From positions 29,886,001 through 29,950,000 of the forward strand of contig NW_024704743.1 in the NCBI RefSeq assembly GCF_018977255.1: a stretch of 64,000 nucleotides of DNA. Reading direction: 5' to 3'. The stretch comes from Callorhinchus milii (taxonomy: Eukaryota). Of the stretch, positions 11,926 to 24,889 are shown one piece after another. Both the position numbers and the translations under genes were made by a program. The stretch's first letter is position 1, and every line of letters starts with the position of its first letter. Under the pieces are notes generated by a model, which searched no databases, was not told the origin of the DNA, and worked only from the letters and a program-made list of their open reading frames with translations.

Positions 11926-14264
11926 TGTCCCACAGGCAGACACCTTCAGTGCTGGTCTAATGTCAGTGGGCAGAGGGTTGTGAAGGAGCTGCTAAGTCTG
12001 TATGCCAGTTAATCAGAGCGATTCAGACTCAAGCCCTTTGAATGGGAACATCTCTACAGCTAGAGTTCCCAGGCTTTCAAATACCCAGCTAAAAATATCA
12101 CATTTGGAGATTAACATCAATCCTCCATCCCTCCAGGGAGTGACTGAGGTACATGCAGTTTGTCACACAAGATCAGTAACATTTTGGTGCTTTGTCTATC
12201 AGAAATGTTGCAGAAGCTTCAACAGCATCCATTACAAGTATTGTTGTGTAGGACTCCTGGTTGGGTGTAGAATAATTGATAATAATTCAGAAGGCAACAA
12301 TTCATTTTTTGAGACACTTCAATGAAGACAGAATTTTGCAAGCAATCAGTATCTAGAATTCCTCAGTGTTAAGTTTGACCCATTGGAAACCAGGAGGTTC
12401 AGCCAGAAACTAAAGGTGTATAAAACTACCCTCACAGAGATCACAAACAAATCATAGAATGGGTCTCTGAAGACATATTTTAATACCAAAGTCCTTTACA
12501 AAGTCCTTGAAGGGGAAAACTATGGGGTAAGTTGTGCAAAATGTACCTCAGGGCATAAAGTGTGTCTCATTGGAAAGAATCACATGTACGTCACCTGACC
12601 AGCGAGCGCTCTGTTCCAGCAGAGGTAACCTTGGGTCAGAGCAGAGACAATGTGCCACACATTGAGGCCTCTGCATAAGATGCACTTTTTGTCTCACGGT
12701 GCTTTATTGGATGCTAAGTGTTGGTAACACTGCGATTTTCCTCTTCAAGTGTAAGTACTTCTTCATCCCCAATTGATTCATGTGTAATTGTGGAAGAGGG
12801 TGAAAATGAATGATGAAATATTGAATTATATAATGTGGCATCTCAAACCTGAATTTTACAATGAGCACTAATAGCCTAACACCTGTCAGGAAACACCTAA
12901 TGAATATTTTGTTCTTTGCGCTTGAGGGTGAATATTTGCATGTGAAAATGTAAAGCTGATCTTCCTTTTAGTCCATGCAAAAGACACAAAGGGTAACCTT
13001 GGTGATGATGGGTAATATTCATCATTGACTGGAGTTGTGTCAACTTGGCCTTTGACCAATTAGGTAGGAGATGAAGGAAGTACGCTTGAATCCCAGTCAA
13101 TTTAATACCAAATTTACATCTAATATATCAATGATTAAACCTCCGTCTGAAAGCAAGCCATGTGTTGGAGTCACATATGGGATTGTTTCTAAATGTCTCC
13201 AGTTCTTTTTTTTTAAACATTGTCTTCTATTTCAACCTACTTCTGACAAACACAGTAATACAGAAATTGAATGTGATTAAAGGAGGTAATTATCCACCAT
13301 AAATGGATTTAAATTTTAAGCTGTGTGCCGCCATTTCAAAGAATAATGTTTTCTTCGGGAGGAAAACCTTATCTTTTATTCACTCTTAATCCAAATTTCC
13401 TCCCAAATTCAAATGAATTGTCTGCTTATCCTATTGTTGTTTGTGGGACCTTGCTAACTCAAGTTAGCTGGTGTATGTGCCTCATTAATCATGAAATATT
13501 GAATCCATTACAGCATTCACTTGGTTTCTAATTAATCTCATTCTGTAAAGTGGTGCAAGATCTTTCTTTTATAGGAAAGCCGCCGTATTAAATGCAAATT
13601 AAATGTAAATTACCCACATTTTACCCTTGATGCCCATTGTGCTTATTCAGTTTTCCCCAAATCTAGGACGTTTTGTAAAGAAAATATGATTGCATTTCTA
13701 CAATATTATTGTTGTATAAAGTAAACCGTTATATCTTAGGTGACATGTATAATCATGGCAGACGTTTAATCTCTTGAAACCAGAGCAGTTAATCTTTCCA
13801 ATTACTTTTGATTGCTTCCAATCTTTCCAATTCCAAATGGTTATCAAGGTGCTTGAGGGAGTATTCAAAGTCCCTGTGGGTGCAGTACTAGACGGGAGAA
13901 TTTAATTGTGTGCAATAGCAGGGTGTGATTGGTATGTTTCATGAAGTAGAAAGTGAGGGAGCGCGAAGGAAGGTAAAGTAGCATTCATACAGAACTGTTC
14001 CTGCAAAATTGAAAAGCCCACTTTGGGGAAAAGGCAGGTAAGTGACACTAAATGGATAGTTTCCACAGACATGATCGGCCGAATGAGATCTTGCAGGAGA
14101 TCTTCTCCATTAGGGAGAAGAGAATAGTCAATAATATTTATGACTAATTCCTTATGGGAACCTCAGCAAGAGGAAGCCTAGAATTCTGGGGAAAGCTCAT
14201 ATCTCTTATTTTGTTAGGCTCACCCACTTGCAGTCTTAACCGCTTTATAATGCTCTTTTGCCAG

Positions 14265-15013
14265 GTTCTCTATCAGAGCACTGCACTGAAATGGCCCAGT
14301 ATTCGGATGCTATAATTTCTCCCAACTTGAAGACTACCAGAATGCTACATGTGCCCCAGGCAGTTTCAATGTCGGAATGCATAACAGCCTGCTGCAAATT
14401 GCCTGGCTGTGACTTGGCCTGGGTGTTTGAGGGCCGCTGTTACATTGTAAACTGCCAACGCAAGGATGAGTGCAAGCCAATGAAGACCAGCACCGTGGAG
14501 TCCTATTTGACCTTTGTGCAGAAGTCACTCTCTCAGAGATTGGGCTCGCAGGCAGCCCATTACAAAGAAAGAGGGCACTCCCTGGGGCTGTCCCCTGAGG
14601 ACGAGAGTAGCCTAGCAGACCTGGCACTGTATGAAGATCGCAACTTTGGTGACAGAATTACAGAGGGCGACTATCTGGGGGATTACAAAGGCTCGTCTGC
14701 TGATGGAGATTCAGCCGGCCCTGGCAATAATCAGAAGAACATACATGGCCCACAAGACTGGCAGGGATGGGACACTACATATAACCTCAATCCGTCCTCA
14801 GTGAAGGCTGGCGAAAATGAGGACCTTTATTCTGCTGAGATACAAACTGGAGCCCTTTCAGAAAGCAGCCTTCCAGTCAATGGGTCCCAGCATGAAGATT
14901 GGAGCAGTGATGAAACAAAACAACAGGCAACTGGTTTTCCTAAACTGCTCCCTGTAGAGAAACCCGGGGAAGAAAATCTAGAGCACAATGTAACCAGCAC
15001 CATTGTTAATGAG
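14265..15013 (+). CDS. KIAA0319: KIAA0319 exon 3: MANSC domain and start of the acidic/Ser-rich linker
   Basis: ccag|GT...GAG|gtacag. HCTEMAQYSDAIISPNLKTTR...CITACCKLPGCDLAWVFEGRCYIVNC matches the KIAA0319 MANSC region (human YSNAVISPNLETTR...CCDLSSCDLAWWFEGRCY), not KIAA0319L. Confidence 0.95.
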
Positions 15014-15724
15014 GTACAGTCACTGTAATACTGAAGTCCACTAAATCTGATCACATAGTTTTTAAATTGACTTTTTGTGTAAATGATTTGCTTTAATTTA
15101 CAATTCATTTGGATGAACAAACTCACAAAGAGAAACGTTTTCACTTGTGAAAGATAATGACAATAACTATTGGGTACAACACTCAGTACTTCCTCTCTTT
15201 TTTCCCTGTTCTTGGTTCTGTTTGCTCTTGTAAATGTTTCTGACCTGTCACTTCAGTGGGTAGGTTTTCAAATCATTTTGCTTCTGCACTGTAGCACTCT
15301 CCATAAATCCCACTGCCTCCCACTAAGGTTTCAACACTGTCTATAAACCTACCTCTTTGCCTGCTCCTTCGATCACTACCGACCTAGCCACCCCCCAAGC
15401 CCCACCCCATCTCTCACCCTGCTCAGGGTGCCATTCTGTCTCTATGAAGCACTTTGATCTATAACAACTTGCATTTAGGTAGTGCCCTTCACATGAGGCA
15501 GGGTCCCGAAGCACTTCACAGTGGTGGTGTTGGACAACGAGCCAAGGGGAGAGGCAGTGGGGAGGTGACCATAAGCGCGATCAAAAAGGAAGGTTTTTAG
15601 GTGGGGTTTGAAGGTGGGGACGGAGGGGGCAAGGCAGAGGGATTGAGGGAGAGAACTTCATAGTTTTGGGGTAGAGTGGCTGATCCGTTTACAATGCATT
15701 TCTGAGTAGTTTGTATTTTTACAG

Positions 15725-15923
15725 GACTCTGTCTCTCCTTTGAATTCATCGCTCGTTGCCTCAGTGGTTACACTGGCCCTTCCAGCGAGGGACAACTCTA
15801 CCCCTACACAGCAGGAGAGTTTGAGAGGCAGCCTCTATACTGTGACTCCCACCAGCAGGAGCCCACTGGCTTCACAGGCCATGGAAACCAGTGTGATCCC
15901 CACCATCAACAGGCAACAACAAG
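15725..15923 (+). CDS. KIAA0319: KIAA0319 exon 4: Ser/Thr/Pro-rich linker
   Basis: tttttacag|GAC...CAAG|gtatgt; 199 nt, phase 0 to 1; DSVSPLNSSLVASVVTLALP...TINRQQQ; joins both neighbours in frame. Confidence 0.85.
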
Positions 15924-18334
15924 GTATGTGCTCCCAACCAAATTCAACCTTAGGCTCATTATACAACCGTTGCCAAAATAATGCCCCTTTGCCATGTTTT
16001 ATAGTGGGGGAAATCTTGTCATGGGATCGAGATGAAAAGATTAGTAGACTCCAAAAGTTTTTTTTATAGAGAATTTGAGTTGCCTTTTGCTCTAGATCAG
16101 ATTATTCTCCTCATATGGATGTGAGCCCACAGTGATATTTGTGAAATAGATTTTTTTTTGCATAATTTATTTTATTAAAGAGTAGCCCGGATGCCTTGTG
16201 TGCTGCACACTGTGCTGAGCTGATTTGAGCTGTGGGGTTAATGAGGTAAAACACATCTTGCAGGATATTACTCATGAGTGCAAGACTCTGTTATTAATGT
16301 AGTCATTTTAATCCATAAAATCAGACACCCCACATTATACCAGAACGCAACTGCTGCTGACATCACTTCCTGCATGCTGTGTATGTGTACTATACACTAT
16401 GTGCAGGAAGTGTCGCTAACCTCATTTCTGTATCCTCCACAATGTGTTGGAAGCCACCCAGTCAGAGCTGACAACTAAAGGTGTGCCATGCTTCTGGTCT
16501 GCGTACACTTACACTGTAAACAGACCCAAGCTATACCAGGCTTTGCTTAATAATAATAATCTTTGCACATCTGAAAAAAATGCTTATTAAGCTATACCAG
16601 GTCAGAGTCCGACTGTATGACTTAGAACCTCAAATTACACTGAGTCTCAGCCATTTTACAAGGTTTCTCTCTGCAGCACTTCATCAGTACGAGCTGCAAA
16701 ACACTGTCTGTTATAACTGGTTGTTTTACTGGCGTCAATATGAATTTATCCCAATGGACCAGTTAAGTAAAGCATCTGCTTTGGTTGTTTCTTCTTGTGT
16801 AAGTCAGACATATTGAAAATAAAAGCCCGGGTTGTTGCTTTGAGCTGCGGGGGATTTTGGTAGAGATAAGTTACCTTCCAATCCAGCACTGAACCAGGGG
16901 CTGCAGTTAGTGTGCTCTGTACAGCCCACGTTATAGTCCCAGGAATTGCTATGCCAAAAACATCAGCCTATCTTCCTCATTCAGATGTAGATTGAGCTGC
17001 TGTGGATGGCCAGCGTGTCCAGTTATGTATCAGTTTAATGAGCAGTTCTTGTCACCACTATCTCTGCTGTTGCATTTGATATAGCGCCTTATCACATCGA
17101 AACAGCACAAGGTGCTTCACAGGAAATTGCTATCAATACACAGTCGCTATGCATCTGTAGGTGAAACTAGTAGCCAATTTGCACACAAACAGTCATGAAG
17201 TAAATGCCCATTTTTTTTGCTCGGGAAATTAAGAATGAATTGCAGAGAAACACTCCATTGCAGGAGTAGCTTATCTAACCTACCCATTCGGTTTCCCACT
17301 AGATTCTTTGGATTAACTGTGTCTAAATTAAAGAACCCTGAATGCTTTTACTTGGCAGACAATTTCCTTCATTGAAATCCTTTGTAATTGCTTGTCAGGC
17401 CATGGTGCTGACAGTCTTAGGCACAGACCTATCAGACTTTAATGGAAACGAAGGCCCCAACACCGAATATATCAACAAGTTAGAAGTACTTGGCCAATGT
17501 TTTCATTGAAATAAATGGGTTATCTGACCCCCTCAGCAGTTCAGATACCTATCTCCTGCCTTATCTTTTCTGTTTCCTTGCCGGTTCTATCCTATTATTC
17601 CCAAGGCAATTCTCTGATCTTCGTGTTCTACACTTATCTCTTCTGGCAATCACAGACACAATGTAATTTGAAGGTGAGGTGCCTGATGCCATCTTGGTTT
17701 GAATCTGCTATCCGAATTGAAAAAAAATCTTGCTACCTGAATTGCAAAAAATATCCGAGCAATGTTTTTAAAGGCCTTTTTTCAAAATGATAATAAAACA
17801 TTTATATATTTTAACATTTCATTTCTTCAGTTTAAAAAAAGAGAAAATTGACGCACTAATCTTTCACCTCTGGGATTCTGATTCAAGGTCATCCCAAACT
17901 ATTTACCCCTCGTTCTCTTAGCTACAATGGTCCCATGTGAATATTGTGACAATCATTAAACTTAAAGATACAAAACAACAGATGTGACCGTTCTCTTGTG
18001 CAGAGGTCTCAGGAATTTTTGGGATCATAGTGAATGGTTTTACTTTATAAACTGTTTCCTCTGTAATTGTCCAATGACAGAGTGTAGATTTAATAACTTG
18101 GGTTTCAGAGGAAAAGTAGGTTTTCCATCTTGTGTATCTGAAAGGTGTGAAGATTGGACAGGAAAAGGATAACTGGAGTGAGATTGAAACACGAACACCC
18201 ACATGAACACAAACGTACATATATAATAATAATCCTTGCATTTGACATAGCTCCTTATTCGCATCGCTGAGACATCTCAAAGTGCTTCACAAAATATAGT
18301 GTAAAGTGGATTGATTGTGTATTTTGTAGGTGAT

Positions 18335-18490
18335 GTACACATACATACACACATGCACACACACATATATATAATAATAATCCTTGCATATTATGTAGTG
18401 CCTTATCACGTCATTGAGATATCTATATACATATAAGCACACAGCATATACGCACATATATGTACACACATATAGATAATATATATAGCA
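18335..18490. repeat. Degenerate (CA)/(TA) low-complexity tract interleaved with SINE tails
   Basis: acacatacatacacac...atatatagc. Confidence 0.75.
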
Positions 18491-19011
18491 AACACCTATA
18501 CCTAAACAGTTTTTTCTATAGTTCGTAAAAGAACTTAACCTGGTGGCATTTCTCCCCAATAATTCTTTGTTTCTAATTGATGGCATTCAAGCACCAGCCA
18601 ATTAGTCTGTGTCAAAACTGTTTTCTGATCTTCAGTCACAGCATAGATTTCTGATTGATTTGTTGTTGATTTCCACTGAACATTAATTTTCAATACGTGT
18701 TTTTTTACTGGAACAGAAATCAAATACATTTGAGTCAGGAGTTAGTAGTCTGGTTTGGTGATCAAGGGAACAATTTCACGTGGGTTTAATACATTTTCGA
18801 TCGGTATTTTGACTGGCAAGACTGTAGAAGTAGGAGCATAAATCAACCCATTTGTCAGAACTTCCAGGATAAACTGATGGCCAGATAATTTTACTACAGT
18901 ATATAGGTATAGGATCAAGTGGTCTTGTAGTGTTTATTAATTTTAGCTAAATTCATCCCCCACGAGAATAACATTAAAAAGTAACTTGAACAAGAAATTG
19001 TCAAGATTATA

Positions 19012-19112
19012 TTAGCACATTGAGATATTTAGATTACAATTGGACATTGGGATATTTAGATTACAATTGGACATTGGGATATTTAGATTAAATAGCACAT
19101 TGAGATATTCAG
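19012..19112 (+). repeat. 27-bp minisatellite, about 3.5 copies
   Basis: gatatttagattacaattggacattgg units start at 19024, 19051 and 19078. Confidence 0.9.
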
Positions 19113-19166
19113 ACAACGTGATAAAGAGCTATAACAAATGTAAGGATTTAAAAAAAAAGACATCAA

Positions 19167-20350
19167 TTTGACAAAGTGCTACACAAAAGGCTATTGCACA
19201 AGGTTAAGGCCCACGGGATTAATGGGAACATATTAGCATGGATTGAAGAGTGGCTAATGGGTAGAAAACAGAGAGTAGGGATAAACGGGTCATTCTCAAA
19301 TTGGCAGGATGTGACTAGTGGAGTGCCACAAGGATCAGTGCTTGGGCCTCAGCTATTTACAGTTTACATCAATGATCTAGACGAGGACATTGAATGTAAC
19401 GTATCTAAATTTGCGAATGACACTAAACTAGGTGGGAGAGTAAGCTCTGAGGATGATGCAAAAAGATTGCAACGGGATATAGATAGGCTGGGGGAGTGTG
19501 CGAGTAGGTGGCAGATGGAATTTAATGTAGGGAAGTGTGAAGTTTTTCACCTAGGTAGAAAAAATAGAAAAACAGATTATTTTCTAGAGGGGGAGAGATT
19601 AGATAGTGTTAGTGTTCAGAGGGATTTGGGTGTCCTTGTACACCAGTCTCAAAAAGTTAGTTTGCAGGTGCAGTAAGCAACTAAGAAGGCGAACGGCATG
19701 TTAGCGTTCATTGCAAAAGGTTTAGAGTACAAGAGTAGGGAAGTGTTGCTGCAACTGTATAGGGCCTTGGTGAGACCGCACCTGGAGTATTGTGTGCAGT
19801 TTTGGTCTCCTTATTTAAAAAAGGACATACTTGCCCTAGAGGGGGTGCAGCGTAGATTCACTCGGTTAGTTCCTGGGATGAGGGACTGACCTATGAGGAT
19901 AGGCTGAATAAACTAGGGCTATATTCTCTAGAAGAATTAGGGGAGATCTTATTGAAACATATAAAGATTCTTAAAGGGCTGAATAAAGTAGCCACTGAGG
20001 GTCTGTTTCCCCTGGTAGGAGAATCTATAACCAGGGGTCACAGTCTTAAAATTAAGGGTCAGCCTTTTAGAACAGAGTTGAGGAAACATTTCTTCACTCA
20101 GAGAGTAGTGAATTTATGGAATTCACTACCCCAGAAGGCTGTAGATGCTCAGTCCTTGAACATCTTCAAGGCTGAGACTGATTTTTAAAAAATAAATTTT
20201 TAAAAAAGAGAGGGATTAGGGTATATGGGGATAGGGCAGGTAATTAGAGTTAGGTCTGAAGATCAGCCATGATCTATCGAATGGTGGGGGGGGCTCGAGG
20301 GGCCGAATGGCCAACTCCTGCTCCTAATTCTTATGTTCTTATGTTCTTAT
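19167..20350 (+). mobile_element. CR1-clade LINE 3' fragment (second subfamily)
   Basis: [23 protein letters not shown] and [13 protein letters not shown]; ends in (ttcttatg)n. Confidence 0.93.
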
Positions 20351-22975
20351 CAAAGGAAAATGCTGTAAGTCATGTACTGTGATTGTTGACCACTGACTGT
20401 GATATACAATCACTCGGGGTTCACTCTTGTGTTCCGTTCATGTATTTGGCTGATCATTTTTCCAGTTCAATAATTCCTTCAAAAAAAATTATAATATTTT
20501 GATCATTCAATCCACGACTGTTTGTGGGACACTGCTGCGCGCAATTGGCTGCCGCGTTTCGCCCACAAAATATACTGTGAAGCACCTTGAGATGTCTCGA
20601 CAACACGATAAGGTGCTGTATAAAATGCAAGGGTAATTATTATTATTATTATGTACATAAAGTTCTAGCCAGGGATTGTAGCCAGATGTTCTGCTGCATT
20701 TTTAATTTAAAATAAAAGTTGCAACTTTTACATTCTTATGATTTTTTGGCGAAATGTACAAATGATCTGACCTAGTTGGATCCATGTATTATGGAAACAA
20801 GTCGGTCATTTGACTGGATTGTTGCGTGGAGGTGAAACACCTCACAGATTAACAACAACAACAAACAATAACAACTTGCATTTATATAGCACCCTTCACG
20901 GAGGATAGCGTCCCAGAGCGCTTGATCCCGGCTACCACAAGGTTGTTGGTGTCACTTCAATTCATAGAATATCAACCACAGATTTTTTTTCCTTCATATC
21001 TTTTCACCATTAATAAATATAACTTTGTAGCTGCAACCTGGTGTGACAGTAGCTGATTGTTGCCGTAACAACGGGAAATAATTGGACTGATCTGTCTCGC
21101 TCCTGATTAGAGTCCATGTTGCAAATGCAGCACTTTTTCTCCCTCTCCTGGTTCGAGCTATCATTCTCATAGCTCCCCACATACACACACCGCACAATCC
21201 CTTGTGCACAATTGTTCCACCCACAAGATACACAATAAATCCAATTTACAATATGTTCTGTGAAGCACTTTGAGATGTCTCAACGACGTGATAAGGTGCT
21301 CTACCAAATGCAAGGAATATTATTATTACAGAACAATACCAGCTGAACATGGTTTTCCTTTTCTCCCCTGTCTTCCCTCCTTCGTCCCAATTTAGTGACT
21401 TTCATTTTAAACATGAATTAGCATTTGTTGTTTCAAACCATCAGACTATGTATTGGAAATTGATGATTTTCTGAATAACAGTTAACATATATATAGCGCC
21501 TTTTACAACAGAAGGACGTCTCACAGAGCTTGATACAGCTGGAGCCCTGTGTTTGCTGAGCAAAAGGTACAGGAGGTCACAGAGATAGGGTGGGGTGGGC
21601 TATAGAGGGATTTACAGATTCAACGTGTTAGGAAATGTAATTTCCACCTCCATAAGCAGGTTTTATATCTCCGATTTGATTTTATCTGTTGGTAGTGCAC
21701 ATTGAAACTGGACTGCAGTATTTTTTAGAATGCTGCACAATTGTATCTGTGAGCAGGAGAGTTGCAGCAAGTAAGTTATAAACCTGTCATGTCACATCTG
21801 CTCATTTTAAAGAAAGGTCGTTGCCAGATTGCCTTGTCTGTCCTTCTCCAGCTCTGCACTGATCTGCCCGTCTAGACTGTGGGCTCAAATTAATAATAAT
21901 ACTAATCCTTGTATTTGATATAGTGTCTATAATGCCAAAAAGTCTTAAAAGTGCTTCACAGGTAATGACTCCCTGTCATGTTTAGTGTCAGACGCTTTTC
22001 CATTACTGATGCAAGTTGTCTGATCCTCATCTTGTTCATTGTAAGTATACAATTATGCATGACATTTGATTCCATTTATTTCATCTCCCAGCTGATCAAA
22101 ACACAGAAAAAACCGTGTAATGAATAATAATCTGTGCAATTGATATGGCATCTTAGCACGTTTTTGAAACATTGCAAACCGCTTCGTAAATTTATAGTTG
22201 AGTGTAGTGACTCTATTTTGTAAGTGAAAATCTCAGGAACTACCACATATAAGGTGGGATGCATGGAACAGTGTGTTTGGTTTGGATGCTCTTAAGCATG
22301 GTGATGGGTTTCCATATGTATCAGACACCCGGCTGACCAAAAAAAGTAAGTGAATCTGGAAGCCTTTGACCTGCACCAACCAGGATGTATAATACTTTTA
22401 CTTGATGACTTGACTAGAAACATAGTGGACCCAAAGAGTCTGCAATGTCCCACAGAGCAAGATTATTTCAATCCCACTGCTCCACATTATCCCCATAGCC
22501 TTCAAACCCGTCTCATTCATATGCCTTTTTACTTCTCTCTTGAAAGCAGCAATGCACTTTGCTTCCATCACCCTTACTGGACAGGGTGGTCTACATCCCA
22601 ACTACTCTCCGGGTAAAAAAAGCTGCCCAAGTTCTTCTTTCCCCTTCTTGGGGGCCAATCTGATTTCTGGGCAATCCCCTGTGTGAAGAAATGTTCCTGA
22701 TCTCACTTCTGACTCTGACTTTCAGACTATTTCTGCCTGGTTTTGGAACCCTCTGCCAAAAGCAACAGTCTAGTCCGTTTCATTATTTTGAATAATCTTG
22801 TGAATGGATGGGTAGGTGGGTATCTGTATGGGGGAGGCACAATAACAAATAACATTTGTATAGTGCCTTTCACATTGGAAGGACATTGAGAGTCATTACA
22901 AAAACACAGGAGTGGTTAACGGACTTTTTTTAAAAAAAACATTCGCTGTACGAGCACAGGCCACATGCCACCCGT

Positions 22976-23183
22976 TACACATACACAAACATAGACCCAG
23001 CACACACACACACACACACCACAAACTCACTCTGCACACTCACAAACCGCACATGCGCACACACACACTGCACAAATATACGCCCCGCGCACGCACACTC
23101 CACACACCCCCACACATATACACACCTCACACACATACACCACATGCACACACACACAAAGTACACACACACACATTCACACA
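22976..23183. repeat. Degenerate (CA)n microsatellite
   Basis: About 200 bp of interrupted CA dinucleotides. Confidence 0.92.
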
Positions 23184-24479
23184 GTGGCATAGATATGGAG
23201 TTCTGAATGACTCGTTTCTGTAATATTCTGGGTCGAGGACCACATGAGCCACAATCTCAAATCTCAACAGATATCATCACCCCACCGCCCCATCCCAATC
23301 CCAATCATTGGTTACTTACTTATATCCTCCAGAATTCATATAATCTAGGCTGACGCTCCAATGCAGTACTGAGGATGTGCTGCTTTGGTGCATTGTTGGA
23401 TAGTTGTCGTCGTTCAGATGGGACATTAAACCGAAGCTCTGTCTGTTTGGGTAGACATTAAAAATCACGTGGCATTATTTGGAAAGAGAAGGGAGTTTCT
23501 AGGACACAGAGAGAAACTTCTTTCTTTTTTCAAATATGGAGGAATACAATGCAATTAGTCTGGTGGGAACAGTTGGCACCAGTTAATAGACAGCTGCAAT
23601 TATCTTCACAAAACTGAGCAATAAATCATTGCATCATTTAGAGCTTGGAAATCTATAGCTCCATCCAATATCTGAGACACCTCTTGACCTTGCCTTTGGT
23701 CAACCCCTTTAAATCTCTTATTTCACCGCTTGTGTGACAGCCAGAATTAGTGTATAAATTTCTGCTGAAAGGGCTATAAAATGCTTTTGAATGTCATGCA
23801 CAGCCTCAGATAGTTAGTGTGCAAGACTGATGGAATATTAGTTCATCTAATAGTGGTGCGCATTACACAAATCAAATATGTTCCAAAATCCTTTTCTCAA
23901 ATTCCTGAATCAGATGTTCTACAGCACAGGTTATTTTGGAGCAAAATGTCACATTAATTGCTTTGTAATGGAGTGAACAGTGATCGCTCATTTAGAATGC
24001 GCTGTCTTATTGCAGAACATGTCAGTCTGGTGTCAGTGCCTTTATTACAACAACAACAAGATTCCATTTATTGAGCGCCTTTCAGGTCGGGAGTTAGGTT
24101 ATTAGAAGTAATTGCAGGTGGCTCGTCCATCCTGGTGGACACGATGAAAAAGCTATATTGTTGGTCAGGTGTCCCTGGCTCACACTGGCTTGTTCCCAAC
24201 TGTACAGCTGGCCATGGAGAGCAGAGATGTTTGCAGACATGAACTACTGTACTTGCGTTCCCTAAAAATACATCTCAAAGCCACTTGACAGATCAAGTAG
24301 TTGGGCCAAATGACCTGTTTCCATGCTGCACAGTCGCTGCAAATTGATATATAGTGAAGTAAGAAATTCACAGATGTTGGCATGTCTGAAGGAAGTTTTT
24401 GAAGGCAAGAGTGAAGTAACAAAGCAAAATGGTTTTGGAAGGGTGTCCTGAGGACAGGTGCAATCTCGGCCATCAATGT

Positions 24480-24650
24480 AATAATAATAATGCTTGCATT
24501 TGACATAGCGCCTTATCACTTCGTTGAGACGTCTCAAAGCACTTCACAAAATATACTGTAAAGTGAATTGACTATATATTTTGTGGGTGAAACGCGGCAG
24601 CAATTTTCACACAGCAATATTCCACAAACAGTCATGGATTGAGTGACCAA
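24480..24650 (-). mobile_element. Young SINE, 3' half
   Basis: Tail and body match 9400-9573 in reverse. Confidence 0.85.
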
Positions 24651-24889
24651 ACTTTTCACAAAGAGGAAGCAGAGATATTGGAATGCAGAGCTCACTCGAG
24701 CATTTGATTACTAGACTTAGGCCAGGCTCCTGACTTGCTCAGCTGGTCATGAAGACAGCTTTCAGGTCCTCATTGTCCTTCGATAATTTAAGGCCTCGAA
24801 GAGTTCGGGGGATTGATGTCAGATGAGGACAGGTTAGTTGTCCTGAAAGACTTGATTGGTGTGTGGAGGGGATGTGTTTGTCATCCTGG

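Noticed and set aside
14258..15028. Calling the gene KIAA0319L (AAVR)
   Set aside because: The MANSC sequence, the C-terminal tail and adjacency to ALDH5A1 all fit KIAA0319.
19012..19112. CRISPR-like repeat array
   Set aside because: Units are contiguous with no unique spacers, in a eukaryotic intron; this is a minisatellite.
22912..23223. His/Thr-rich and Cys/Val-rich ORFs
   Set aside because: Translation artefacts of the (CA)n microsatellite.
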